From Auanema rhodensis (Eukaryota > Animalia > Nematoda): a stretch of 64,000 nt of DNA. The notes below the pieces were generated by a model. The model was not told where the DNA came from. It did not search any database and saw nothing but the letters and a program-made list of their open reading frames with translations. The DNA lies in the NCBI GenBank assembly GCA_964057225.1, contig OZ059894.1:248001-312000 (forward strand), given 5' to 3'. A program made the position numbers and the translations under genes. Of this stretch, positions 43,451-58,100 are shown piece by piece (position 1 is the first letter of the stretch; each line of letters starts with the position of its first letter).

Positions 43451-45999
43451 GTTACATACCAAGTGCACATCACGTGTACATTTAATTAGCATAAATTAAA
43501 GTTCACGTAAATTTCAAAGTCATGGTTACCATGAACCAATATCAATAAAAATTTGTTTTTAGACTAATATGGACATGGGGAATCTAATTTTGAAAACCGC
43601 ATCTCTTTATCTTTCACGTGAAGCGAGTTACATACCAAGTGCACATCACGTGTACATTTAATTAGCATAAATCAAAGTTCACGTAAATTTCAAAGTCATG
43701 GTTACCATGAACCAATATCAATAAAAATTTGTTTTTAGACTAATATGGACATGGGGAATCTAATTTTGAAAACCGCATCTCTTTATCTTTCACGTGAACC
43801 GAGTTACATACCAAGTGCACATCACGTGTACATTTAATTAGCATAAATTAAAGTTCACGTAAATTTCAAAGTCATGGTTACCATGAACCAATATCAATAA
43901 AAATTTGTTTTTAGACTAATATGGACATGGGAAATCTAATTTTGAAAACCGCATCTCTTTATCTTTCACGTGAAGCGAGTTACATACCAAGTGCACATCA
44001 CGTGTACATTTAATTAGCATAAATTAAAGTTCACGTAAATTTCAAAGTCATGGTTACCATTAACCAATATCAATAAAAATTTGTTTTTAGACTAATATGG
44101 ACATGGGGAATCTAATTTTGAAAACCGCATCTCTTTATCTTTCACGTGAAGCGAGTTACATACCAAGTGCACATCACGTGTACATTTAATTAGCATAAAT
44201 TAAAGTTCACGTAAATTTCAAAGTCATGGTTACCATGCACCAATATCAATAAAAATTTGTTTTTAGACTAATATGAACATGTGGAATCTAATTTTGAAAA
44301 CCGCATCTCTTTATCTTTCACGTGAAGCGAGTTACATACCAAGTGCACATCACGTGTAAATTTAATTAGCATAAATTAAAGTTCACGTAAATTTCAAAGT
44401 CATGGTTACCATGAACCAATATCAATGAAAATTTGTTTTTAGACTAATATGTACATGGGGAATTTTATTTTGAAAACCGCATCTCTTTATCTTTCACGTG
44501 AAGCGAGTTACATACCAAGTGCACATCACGTGTACATTTAATAAGCATAAATTAAAGTTCACGTAAATTTCAAAGTCATGGTTACCATGAACTAATATCA
44601 ATAAAAATTTGTTTTTAGACTAATATGGACATGGGGAATCTAATTTTGAAAACCGCATCTCTTTATCTTTCACGTGAAGCGAGTTACATACCAAGTGCAC
44701 ATCACGTGTACATTTAATTAGCATAAATTAAAGTTCACGTAAATTTCAAAGTCATGGTTACCATGAACCAATATCAATAAAAATTTGTTTTTAGACTAAT
44801 ATGGACATGGGGAATCTAATTTTGAAAACCGCATCTCTTTATCTTTCACGTGAAGCGAGTTACATACCAAGTGCACATCACGTGTACATTTAATTAGCAT
44901 AAATTAAAGTTCACGTAAATTTCAAAGTCATGGTTACCATGCACCAATATCAATAAAAATTTGTTTTTAGACTAATATGGACATGGGGAATCTTATTTTG
45001 AAAACCGCATCTCTTTATCTTTCACGTGAAGCGAGTTACATACCAAGTGCACATCACGTGTACATTTAATTAGCATTAATTAAAGTTCACGTAAATTTCA
45101 AAGTCATGGTTACCATGAACCAATATCAATAAAAATTTGTTTTTAGACTAATATGGACATGGGGAATCTAATTTTGAAAACCGCATCTCTTTATCTTTCA
45201 CGTGAAGCGAGTTACATACCAAGTGCACATCACGTGTACATTTAATTAGCATAAATTAAAGTTCACGTAAATTTCAAAGTCATGGTTACCATGCACCAAT
45301 ATCAATAAAAATTTGTTTTTAGACTAATATGTACATGGGGAATTTTATTTTGAAAACCGCATCTGTTTATCTTTCACGTGAAGCGAGTTACATACCAAGT
45401 GCACATCACGTGTACATTTAATTAGCATAAATTAAAGTTCACGTAAATTTCAAAGTCATGGTTACCATGAACCAATATCAATAAAAATTTGTTTTTAGAC
45501 TAATATGGACATGGGGAATCTAATTTTGAAAACCGCATCTCTTTATCTTTCACGTGAAGCGAGTTACATACCAAGTGCACATCACGTGTACATTTAATTA
45601 GCATTAATTAAAGTTCACGTAAATTTCAAAGTCATGGTTACCATGAACCAATATCAATAAAAATTTGTTTTTAGACTAATATGGACATGGGGAATCTAAT
45701 TTTGAAAACCGCATCTCTTTATCTTTCACGTGAAGCGAGTTACATACCAAGTGCACATCACGTGTAAATTTAATTAGCATAAATTAAAGTTCACGTAAAT
45801 TTCAAAGTCATGGTTACCATGAACCAATATCAATGAAAATTTGTTTTTAGACTAATATGTACATGGGGAATTTTATTTTGAAAACCGCATCTCTTTATCT
45901 TTCACGTGAAGCGAGTTACATACCAAGTGCACATCACGTGTACATTTAATTAGCATAAATTAAAGTTCACGTAAATTTCAAAGTCATGGTTACCATGAA

Positions 46000-48900
46000 C
46001 TAATATCAATAAAAATTTGTTTTTAGACTAATATGGACATGGGGAATCAAATTTTGAAAACCGCATCTCTTTATCTTTCACGTGAAGCGAGTTACATACC
46101 AAGTGCACATCACGTGTACATTTAATTAGCATAAATTAAAGTTCACGTAAATTTCAAAGTCATGGTTACCATGAACCAATATTAATAAAAATTTGTTTTT
46201 AGACTAATATGGACATGGGGAATCTAATTTTGAAATTCGCATCACTTTATCTTTCACGTGAAGCGAGTTACATACCAAGTGCACATCACGTGTACATTTA
46301 ATTAGCATAAATTAAAGTTCACGTAAATTTCAAAGTCATGGTTACCATGCACCAATATCAATAAAAATTTGTTTTTAGACTAATATGGACATGGGGAATC
46401 TAATTTTGAAAACCGCATCTCTTTATCTTTCACGTGAATCGAGTTACATACCAAGTGCACATCACGTGTACATTTAATTAGCATAAATTAAAGTTCACGT
46501 AAATTTCAAAGTCATGGTTACCATGAACCAATATCAATAAAAATTTGTTTTTAGACTAATATGGACATGGGGAATCTAATTTTGAAAACCGCATCTCTTC
46601 ATCTTTCACGTGAAGCGAGTTACATACCAAGTGCACATCACGTGTACATTTAATTAGCATAAATTAAAGTTCACGTAAATTTGTTTTTAGACTAATATGG
46701 ACATGGGGAATCTAATTTTGAAAACCGCATCTCTTTATCTTTCACGTGAAGCGAGTTACATACCAAGTGCACATCACGTGTACATTTAATTAGCATAAAT
46801 TAAAGTTCACGTAAATTTCAAAGTCATGGTTACCATGAACCAATATCAATAAAAATTTGTTTTTAGACTAATATGGACATGGGGAATCTAATTTTGAAAA
46901 CCGCATCTCTTTATCTTTCACGTGAAGCGAGTTACATACCAAGTGCACATCACGTGTACATTTAATTAGCATAAATCAAAGTTCACGTAAATTTCAAAGT
47001 CATGGTTACCATGAACCAATATCAATAAAAATTTGTTTTTAGACTAATATGGACATGGGGAATCTAATTTTGAAAACCGCATCTCTTTATCTTTCACGTG
47101 AAGCGAGTTACATACCAAGTGCACATCACGTGTACATTTAATTAGCATAAATCAAAGTTCACGTAAATTTCAAAGTCATGGTTACCATGAACCAATATCA
47201 ATAAAAATTTGTTTTTAGACTAATATGGACATGGGGAATCTAATTTTGAAAACCGCATCTCTTTATCTTTCACGTGAACCGAGTTACATACCAAGTGCAC
47301 ATCACGTGTACATTTAATTAGCATAAATTAAAGTTCACGTAAATTTCAAAGTCATGGTTACCATGAACCAATATCAATAAAAATTTGTTTTTAGACTAAT
47401 ATGTACATGGGGAATTTTATTTTGAAAACCGCATCTCTTTATCTTTCACGTGAAGCGAGTTACATACCAAGTGCACATCACGTGTACATTTAATTAGCAT
47501 AAATTAAAGTTCACGTAAATTTCAAAGACATGGTTACCATGAACCAATATCAATGAAAATTTGTTTTTAGACTAATATGGACATGGGGAATCTAATTTTG
47601 AAAACCGCATCTCTTTATCTTTCACGTGAAGCGAGTTACATACCAAGTGCACATCACGTGTACATTTAATTAGCATAAATTAAAGTTCACGTAAATTTCA
47701 AAGTCATTGTTACCATGCACCAATATCAATAAAAATTTGTTTTTAGACTAATATGGACATGGGGAATCTTATTTTGAAAACCGCATCTCTTTATCTTTCA
47801 CGTGAAGCGAGTTACATACCAAGTGCACATCACGTGTACATTTAATTAGCATAAATTAAAGTTCACGTAAATTTCAAAGTCATGGTTACCATGCACCAAT
47901 ATCAATAAAAATTTGTTTTTAGACTAATATGAACATGGGGAATCTAATTTTGAAAACCGCATCTCTTTATCTTTCACGTGAAGCGAGTTACATACCAAGT
48001 GCACATCACGTGTACATTTAATTAGCATAAATTAAAGTTCACGTAAATTTTAAAGACATGGTTACCATGAACCAATATCAATGAAAATTTGTTTTTAGAC
48101 TAATATGGACATGGGGAATCTAATTTTGAAAACCGCATCTCTTTATCTTTCACGTGAAGCGAGTTACATACCAAGTGCACATCACGTGTACATTTAATTA
48201 GCATAAATTAAAGTTCACGTAAATTTCAAAGTCATGGTTACCATGCACCAATATCAATAAAAATTTGTTTTTAGACTAATATGGACATGGGGAATCTTAT
48301 TTTGAAAACCGCATCTCTTTATCTTTCACGTGAAGCGAGTTACATACAAAGTGCACATCACGTGTACATTTAATTAGCATAAATTAAAGTTCACGTAAAT
48401 TTCAAAGTCATGGTTACCATGCACCAATATCAATAAAAATTTGTTTTTAGACTAATATGTACATGGGGAATTTTATTTTGAAAACCGCATCTCTTTATCT
48501 TTCACGTGAAGCGAGTTACATACCAAGTGCACATCACGTGTACATTTAATTAGCATAAATTAAAGTTCACGTAAATTTCAAAGTCATGGTTACCATGCAC
48601 CAATATCAATAAAAATTTGTTTTTAGACTAATATGGACATGGGGAATCTAATTTTGAAAACCGCATCTCTTTATCTTTCACGTGAAGCGAGTTACATACC
48701 AAGTGCACATCACGTGTACATTTAATTAGCATTAATTAAAGTTCACGTAAATTTCAAAGTCATGGTTACCATGAACCAATATCAATAAAAATTTGTTTTT
48801 AGACTAATATGGACATGGGGAATCTGATTTTGAAAACCGCATCTCTTTATCTTTCACGTGAAGCGAGTTACATACCAAGTGCACATCACGTGTACATTTA

Positions 48901-49650
48901 ATTAGCATAAATTAAAGTTCACGTAAATTTCAAAGTCATGGTTACCATGAACTAATATCAATTAAAATTTGTTTTTAGACTAATATGGACATGGGGAATC
49001 TAATTTTGAAAACCGCATCTCTTTATCTTTCACGTGAAGCGAGTTACATACCAAGTGCACATCACGTGTACATTTAATTAGCATAAATTAAAGTTCACGT
49101 AAATTTCAAAGTCATGGTTACCATGAACCAATATCAATAAAAATTTGTTTTTAGACTAATATGGACATGGGGAATCTAATTTTGAAAACCGCATCTCTTT
49201 ATCTTTCACGTGAAGCGAGTTACATACCAAGTGCACATCACGTGTACATTTAATTAGCATAAATCAAAGTTCACGTAAATTTCAAAGTCATGGTTACCAT
49301 GAACCAATATCAATAAAAATTTGTTTTTAGACTAATATGGACATGGGGAATCTAATTTTGAAAACCGCATCTCTTTATCTTTCACGTGAACCGAGTTACA
49401 TACCAAGTGCACATCACGTGTACATTTAATTAGCATAAATTAAAGTTCACGTAAATTTCAAAGTCATGGTTACCATGAACCAATATCAATAAAAATTTGT
49501 TTTTAGACTAATATGGACATGGGAAATCTAATTTTGAAAACCGCATCTCTTTATCTTTCACGTGAAGCGAGTTACATACCAAGTGCACATCACGTGTACA
49601 TTTAATTAGCATAAATTAAAGTTCACGTAAATTTCAAAGTCATGGTTACC
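46000..49650 (+). repeat. Second copy of the ~3.6 kb block at 35520-39170
   Basis: Same ordered markers; it lacks the private taagatgg variant seen near 36744. Confidence 0.9.
46519..46830 (+). repeat. Fused monomer pair with 40-bp deletion, copy 4
   Basis: Identical junction, AAATTT at 46677-46682; linked ctcttcatc SNP at 46600. Confidence 0.97.
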
Positions 49651-52600
49651 ATGAACTAATATCAATAAAAATTTGTTTTTAGACTAATATGGACATGGGG
49701 AATCTAATTTTGAAAACCGCATCTCTTTATCTTTCACGTGAAGCGAGTTACATACCAAGTGCACATCACGTGTAAATTTAATTAGCATAAATTAAAGTTC
49801 ACGTAAATTTCAAAGTCATGGTTACCATGAACCAATATCAATGAAAATTTGTTTTTAGACTAATATGTACATGGGGAATTTTATTTTGAAAACCGCATCT
49901 CTTTATCTTTCACGTGAAGCGAGTTACATACCAAGTGCACATCACGTGTACATTTAATTAGCATAAATTAAAGTTCACGTAAATTTCAAAGTCATGGTTA
50001 CCATGAACTAATATCAATAAAAATTTGTTTTTAGACTAATATGGACATGGGGAATCTAATTTTGAAAACCGCATCTCTTTATCTTTCACGTGAAGCGAGT
50101 TACATACCAAGTGCACATCACGTGTACATTTAATTAGCATAAATTAAAGTTCACGTAAATTTCAAAGTCATGGTTACCATGAACCAATATCAATAAAAAT
50201 TTGTTTTTAGACTAATATGGACATGGGGAATCTAATTTTGAAAACCGCATCTCTTTATCTTTCACGTGAAGCGAGTTACATACCAAGTGCACATCACGTG
50301 TACATTTAATTAGCATAAATTAAAGTTCACGTAAATTTCAAAGTCATGGTTACCATGCACCAATATCAATAAAAATTTGTTTTTAGACTAATATGGACAT
50401 GGGGAATCTTATTTTGAAAACCGCATCTCTTTATCTTTCACGTGAAGCGAGTTACATACCAAGTGCACATCACGTGTACATTTAATTAGCATTAATTAAA
50501 GTTCACGTAAATTTCAAAGTCATGGTTACCATGAACCAATATCAATAAAAATTTGTTTTTAGACTAATATGGACATGGGGAATCTAATTTTGAAAACCGC
50601 ATCTCTTTATCTTTCACGTGAAGCGAGTTACATACCAAGTGCACATCACGTGTACATTTAATTAGCATAAATTAAAGTTCACGTAAATTTCAAAGTCATG
50701 GTTACCATGCACCAATATCAATAAAAATTTGTTTTTAGACTAATATGTACATGGGGAATTTTATTTTGAAAACCGCATCTCTTTATCTTTCACGTGAAGC
50801 GAGTTACATACCAAGTGCACATCACGTGTACATTTAATTAGCATAAATTAAAGTTCACGTAAATTTCAAAGTCATGGTTACCATGAACCAATATCAATAA
50901 AAATTTGTTTTTAGACTAATATGGACATGGGGAATCTAATTTTGAAAACCGCATCTCTTTATCTTTCACGTGAAGCGAGTTACATACCAAGTGCACATCA
51001 CGTGTACATTTAATTAGCATTAATTAAAGTTCACGTAAATTTCAAAGTCATGGTTACCATGAACCAATATCAATAAAAATTTGTTTTTAGACTAATATGG
51101 ACATGGGGAATCTAATTTTGAAAACCGCATCTCTTTATCTTTCACGTGAAGCGAGTTACATACCAAGTGCACATCACGTGTAAATTTAATTAGCATAAAT
51201 TAAAGTTCACGTAAATTTCAAAGTCATGGTTACCATGAACCAATATCAATGAAAATTTGTTTTTAGACTAATATGTACATGGGGAATTTTATTTTGAAAA
51301 CCGCATCTCTTTATCTTTCACGTGAAGCGAGTTACATACCAAGTGCACATCACGTGTACATTTAATTAGCATAAATTAAAGTTCACGTAAATTTCAAAGT
51401 CATGGTTACCATGAACTAATATCAATAAAAATTTGTTTTTAGACTAATATGGACATGGGGAATCTAATTTTGAAAACCGCATCTCTTTATCTTTCACGTG
51501 AAGCGAGTTACATACCAAGTGCACATCACGTGTACATTTAATTAGCATAAATTAAAGTTCACGTAAATTTCAAAGTCATGGTTACCATGAACCAATATCA
51601 ATAAAAATTTGTTTTTAGACTAATATGGACATGGGGAATCTAATTTTGAAAACCGCATCTCTTTATCTTTCACGTGAAGCGAGTTACATACCAAGTGCAC
51701 ATCACGTGTACATTTAATTAGCATAAATTAAAGTTCACGTAAATTTCAAAGTCATGGTTACCATGCACCAATATCAATAAAAATTTGTTTTTAGACTAAT
51801 ATGAACATGGGGAATCTAATTTTGAAAACCGCATCTCTTTATCTTTCACGTGAAGCGAGTTACATACCAAGTGCACATCACGTGTAAATTTAATTAGCAT
51901 AAATTAAAGTTCACGTAAATTTCAAAGTCATGGTTACCATGAACCAATATCAATGAAAATTTGTTTTTAGACTAATATGTACATGGGGAATTTTATTTTG
52001 AAAACCGCATCTCTTTATCTTTCACGTGAAGCGAGTTACATACCAAGTGCACCTCACGTGTACATTTAATTAGCATAAATTAAAGTTCACGTAAATTTCA
52101 AAGTCATGGTTACCATGAACCAATATCAATAAAAATTTGTTTTTAGACTAAAATGGACATGGGGAATCTAATTTTGAAAACCGCATCTCTTTATCTTTCA
52201 CGTGAAGCGAGTTACATACCAAGTGCACATCACGTGTACATTTAATTAGCATAAATTAAAGTTCACGTAAATTTCAAAGACATGGTTACCATGAACCAAT
52301 ATCAATGAAAATTTGTTTTTAGACTAATATGGACATGGGGAATCTAATTTTGAAAACCGCATCTCTTTATCTTTCACGTGAAGCGAGTTACATACCAAGT
52401 GCACATCACGTGTACATTTAATTAGCATAAATTAAAGTTCACGTAAATTTCAAAGTCATGGTTACCATGCACCAATATCAATAAAAATTTGTTTTTAGAC
52501 TAATATGGACATGGGGAATCTAATTTTGAAAACCGCATCTCTTTATCTTTCACGTGAAGCGAGTTACATACCAAGTGCACATCACGTGTACATTTAATTA

Positions 52601-55102
52601 GCATAAATTAAAGTTCACGTAAATTTCAAAGACATGGTTACCATGAACCAATATCAATGAAAATTTGTTTTTAGACTAATATGGACATGGGGAATCTAAT
52701 TTTGAAAACCGCATCTCTTTATCTTTCACGTGAAGCGAGTTACATACCAAGTGCACATCACGTGTACATTTAATTAGCATAAATTAAAGTTCACGTAAAT
52801 TTCAAAGACATGGTTACCATGAACCAATATCAATGAAAATTTGTTTTTAGACTAATATGGACATGAAGAATCTAATTTTGAAAACCGCATCTCTCTATCT
52901 TTCACGTGAAGCGAGTTACATACCAAGTGCACATCACGTGTACATTTAATTAGCATAAATTAAAGTTCACGTAAATTTCAAAGACATGGTTACCATGAAC
53001 CAATATCAATGAAAATTTGTTTTTAGACTAATATGGACATGGGGAATCTAATTTTGAAAACCGCATCTCTTTATCTTTCACGTGAAGCGAGTTACATACC
53101 AAGTGCACATCACGTGTACATTTAATTAGCATAAATTAAAGTTCACGTAAATTTCAAAGTCATGGTTACCATGCACCAATATCAATAAAAATTTGTTTTT
53201 AGACTAATATGTACATGGGGAATTTTATTTTGAAAACCGCATCTCTTTATCTTTCACGTGAAGCGAGTTACATACCAAGTGCACATCACGTGTACATTTA
53301 ATTAGCATAAATTAAAGTTCACGTAAATTTCAAAGTCATGGTTACCATGAACCAATATCAATAAAAATTTGTTTTTAGACTAAAATGGACATGGGGAATC
53401 TAATTTTGAAAACCGCATCTCTTTATCTTTCACGTGAAGCGAGTTACATACCAAGTGCACATCACGTGTACATTTAATTAGCATAAATTAAAGTTCACGT
53501 AAATTTCAAAGACATGGTTACCATGAACCAATATCAATGAAAATTTGTTTTTAGACTAATATGGACATGGGGAATCTAATTTTGAAAACCGCATCTCTTT
53601 ATCTTTCACGTGAAGCGAGTTACATACCAAGTGCACATCACGTGTACATTTAATTAGCATAAATTAAAGTTCACGTAAATTTCAAAGTCATGGTTACCAT
53701 GAACTAATATCAATAAAAATTTGTTTTTAGACTAATATGGACATGGGGAATCTAATTTTGAAAACCGCATCTCTTTATCTTTCACGTGAAGCGAGTTACA
53801 TACCAAGTGCACATCACGTGTACATTTAATTAGCATAAATTAAAGTTCACGTAAATTTCAAAGTCATGGTTACCATGAACCAATATCAATAAAAATTTGT
53901 TTTTAGACTAATATGGACATGGGGAATCTAATTTTGAAAACCGCATCTCTTTATCTTTCACGTGAAGCGAGTTACATACCAAGTGCACATCACGTGTACA
54001 TTTAATTAGCATAAATCAAAGTTCACGTAAATTTCAAAGTCATGGTTACCATGAACCAATATCAATAAAAATTTGTTTTTAGACTAATATGGACATGGGG
54101 AATCTAATTTTGAAAACCGCATCTCTTTATCTTTCACGTGAACCGAGTTACATACCAAGTGCACATCACGTGTACATTTAATTAGCATAAATTAAAGTTC
54201 ACGTAAATTTCAAAGTCATGGTTACCATGAACCAATATCAATAAAAATTTGTTTTTAGACTAATATGGACATGGGAAATCTAATTTTGAAAACCGCATCT
54301 CTTTATCTTTCACGTGAAGCGAGTTACATACCAAGTGCACATCACGTGTACATTTAATTAGCATAAATTAAAGTTCACGTAAATTTCAAAGTCATGGTTA
54401 CCATGAACCAATATCAATAAAAATTTGTTTTTAGACTAATATGGACATGGGGAATCTAATTTTGAAAACCGCATCTCTTTATCTTTCACGTGAAGCGAGT
54501 TACATACCAAGTGCACATCACGTGTACATTTAATTAGCATAAATTAAAGTTCACGTAAATTTCAAAGTCATGGTTACCATGAACTAATATCAATAAAAAT
54601 TTGTTTTTAGACTAATATGGACATGGGGAATCTAATTTTGAAAACCGCATCTCTTTATCTTTCACGTGAAGCGAGTTACATACCAAGTGCACATCACGTG
54701 TAAATTTAATTAGCATAAATTAAAGTTCACGTAAATTTCAAAGTCATGGTTACCATGAACCAATATCAATGAAAATTTGTTTTTAGACTAATATGTACAT
54801 GGGGAATTTTATTTTGAAAACCGCATCTCTTTATCTTTCACGTGAAGCGAGTTACATACCAAGTGCACATCACGTGTACATTTAATTAGCATAAATTAAA
54901 GTTCACGTAAATTTCAAAGTCATGGTTACCATGAACTAATATCAATAAAAATTTGTTTTTAGACTAATATGGACATGGGGAATCTAATTTTGAAAACCGC
55001 ATCTCTTTATCTTTCACGTGAAGCGAGTTACATACCAAGTGCACATCACGTGTACATTTAATTAGCATAAATTAAAGTTCACGTAAATTTCAAAGTCATG
55101 GT

Positions 55103-58100
55103 TACCATGAACCAATATCAATAAAAATTTGTTTTTAGACTAATATGGACATGGGGAATCTAATTTTGAAAACCGCATCTCTTTATCTTTCACGTGAAGC
55201 GAGTTACATACCAAGTGCACATCACGTGTACATTTAATTAGCATAAATTAAAGTTCACGTAAATTTCAAAGTCATGGTTACCATGCACCAATATCAATAA
55301 AAATTTGTTTTTAGACTAATATGAACATGGGGAATCTAATTTTGAAAACCGCATCTCTTTATCTTTCACGTGAAGCGAGTTACATACCAAGTGCACATCA
55401 CGTGTAAATTTAATTAGCATAAATTAAAGTTCACGTAAATTTCAAAGTCATGGTTACCATGAACCAATATCAATGAAAATTTGTTTTTAGACTAATATGT
55501 ACATGGGGAATTTTATTTTGAAAACCGCATCTCTTTATCTTTCACGTGAAGCGAGTTACATACAAAGTGCACATCACGTGTACATTTAATTAGCATAAAT
55601 TAAAGTTCACGTAAATTTCAAAGTCATGGTTACCATGAACCAATATCAATAAAAATTTGTTTTTAGACTAATATGGACATGGGGAATCTTATTTTGAAAA
55701 CCGCATCTCTTTATCTTTCACGTGAAGCGAGTTACATACCAAGTGCACAACACGTGTACATTTAATTAGCATAAATTAAAGTTCACGTAAATTTCAAAGT
55801 CATGGTTACCATGCACCAATATCAATAAAAATTTGTTTTTAGACTAATATGGACATGGGGAATCTAATTTTGAAAACCGCATCTCTTTATCTTTCACGTG
55901 AAGCGAGTTACATACCAAGTGCACATCACGTGTACATTTAATTAGCATAAATTAAAGTTCACGTAAATTTCAAAGTCATGGTTACCATGAACTAATATCA
56001 ATAAAAATTTGTTTTTAGACTAATATGGACATGGGGAATCTAATTTTGAAAACCGCATCTCTTTATCTTTCACGTGAAGCGAGTTACATACCAAGTGCAC
56101 ATCACGTGTACATTTAATTAGCATAAATTAAAGTTCACGTAAATTTCAAAGTCATGGTTACCATGAACCAATATCAATAAAAATTTGTTTTTAGACTAAT
56201 ATGGACATGGGGAATCTAATTTTGAAAACCGCATCTCTTTATCTTTCACGTGAAGCGAGTTACATACCAAGTGCACATCACGTGTACATTTAATTAGCAT
56301 AAATCAAAGTTCACGTAAATTTCAAAGTCATGGTTACCATGAACCAATATCAATAAAAATTTGTTTTTAGACTAATATGGACATGGGGAATCTAATTTTG
56401 AAAACCGCATCTCTTTATCTTTCACGTGAACCGAGTTACATACCAAGTGCACATCACGTGTACATTTAATTAGCATAAATTAAAGTTCACGTAAACTTCA
56501 AAGTCATGGTTACCATGAACCAATATCAATAAAAATTTGTTTTTAGACTAATATGGACATGGGAAATCTAATTTTGAAAACCGCATCTCTTTATCTTTCA
56601 CGTGAAGCGAGTTACATACCAAGTGCACATCACGTGTACATTTAATTAGCATAAATTAAAGTTCACGTAAATTTCAAAGTCATGGTTACCATGAACCAAT
56701 ATCAATAAAAATTTGTTTTTAGACTAATATGGACATGGGGAATCTAATTTTGAAAACCGCATCTCTTTATCTTTCACGTGAAGCGAGTTACATACCAAGT
56801 GCACATCACGTGTACATTTAATTAGCATAAATTAAAGTTCACGTAAATTTCAAAGTCATGGTTACCATGCACCAATATCAATAAAAATTTGTTTTTAGAC
56901 TAATATGAACATGGGGAATCTAATTTTGAAAACCGCATCTCTTTATCTTTCACGTGAAGCGAGTTACATACCAAGTGCACATCACGTGTAAATTTAATTA
57001 GCATAAATTAAAGTTCACGTAAATTTCAAAGTCATGGTTACCATGAACCAATATCAATGAAAATTTGTTTTTAGACTAATATGTACATGGGGAATTTTAT
57101 TTTGAAAACCGCATCTCTTTATCTTTCACGTGAAGCGAGTTACATACCAAGTGCACATCACGTGTACATTTAATTAGCATAAATTAAAGTTCACGTAAAT
57201 TTCAAAGTCATGGTTACCATGAACTAATATCAATAAAAATTTGTTTTTAGACTAATATGGACATGGGGAATCTAATTTTGAAAACCGCATCTCTTTATCT
57301 TTCACGTGAAGCGAGTTACATACCAAGTGCACATCACGTGTACATTTAATTAGCATAAATTAAAGTTCACGTAAATTTCAAAGTCATGGTTACCATGAAC
57401 CAATATCAATAAAAATTTGTTTTTAGACTAATATGGACATGGGGAATCTAATTTTGAAAACCGCATCTCTTTATCTTTCACGTGAAGCGAGTTACATACC
57501 AAGTGCACATCACGTGTACATTTAATTAGCATAAATTAAAGTTCACGTAAATTTCAAAGTCATGGTTACCATGCACCAATATCAATAAAAATTTGTTTTT
57601 AGACTAATATGAACATGGGGAATCTAATTTTGAAAACCGCATCTCTTTATCTTTCACGTGAAGCGAGTTACATACCAAGTGCACATCACGTGTAAATTTA
57701 ATTAGCATAAATTAAAGTTCACGTAAATTTCAAAGTCATGGTTACCATGAACCAATATCAATGAAAATTTGTTTTTAGACTAATATGTACATGGGGAATT
57801 TTATTTTGAAAACCGCATCTCTTTATCTTTCACGTGAAGCGAGTTACATACAAAGTGCACATCACGTGTACATTTAATTAGCATAAATTAAAGTTCACGT
57901 AAATTTCAAAGTCATGGTTACCATGAACCAATATCAATAAAAATTTGTTTTTAGACTAATATGGACATGGGGAATCTAATTTTGAAAACCGCATCTCTTT
58001 ATCTTTCACGTGAAGCGAGTTACATACCAAGTGCACATCACGTGTACATTTAATTAGCATAAATTAAAGTTCACGTAAATTTCAAAGTCATGGTTACCAT

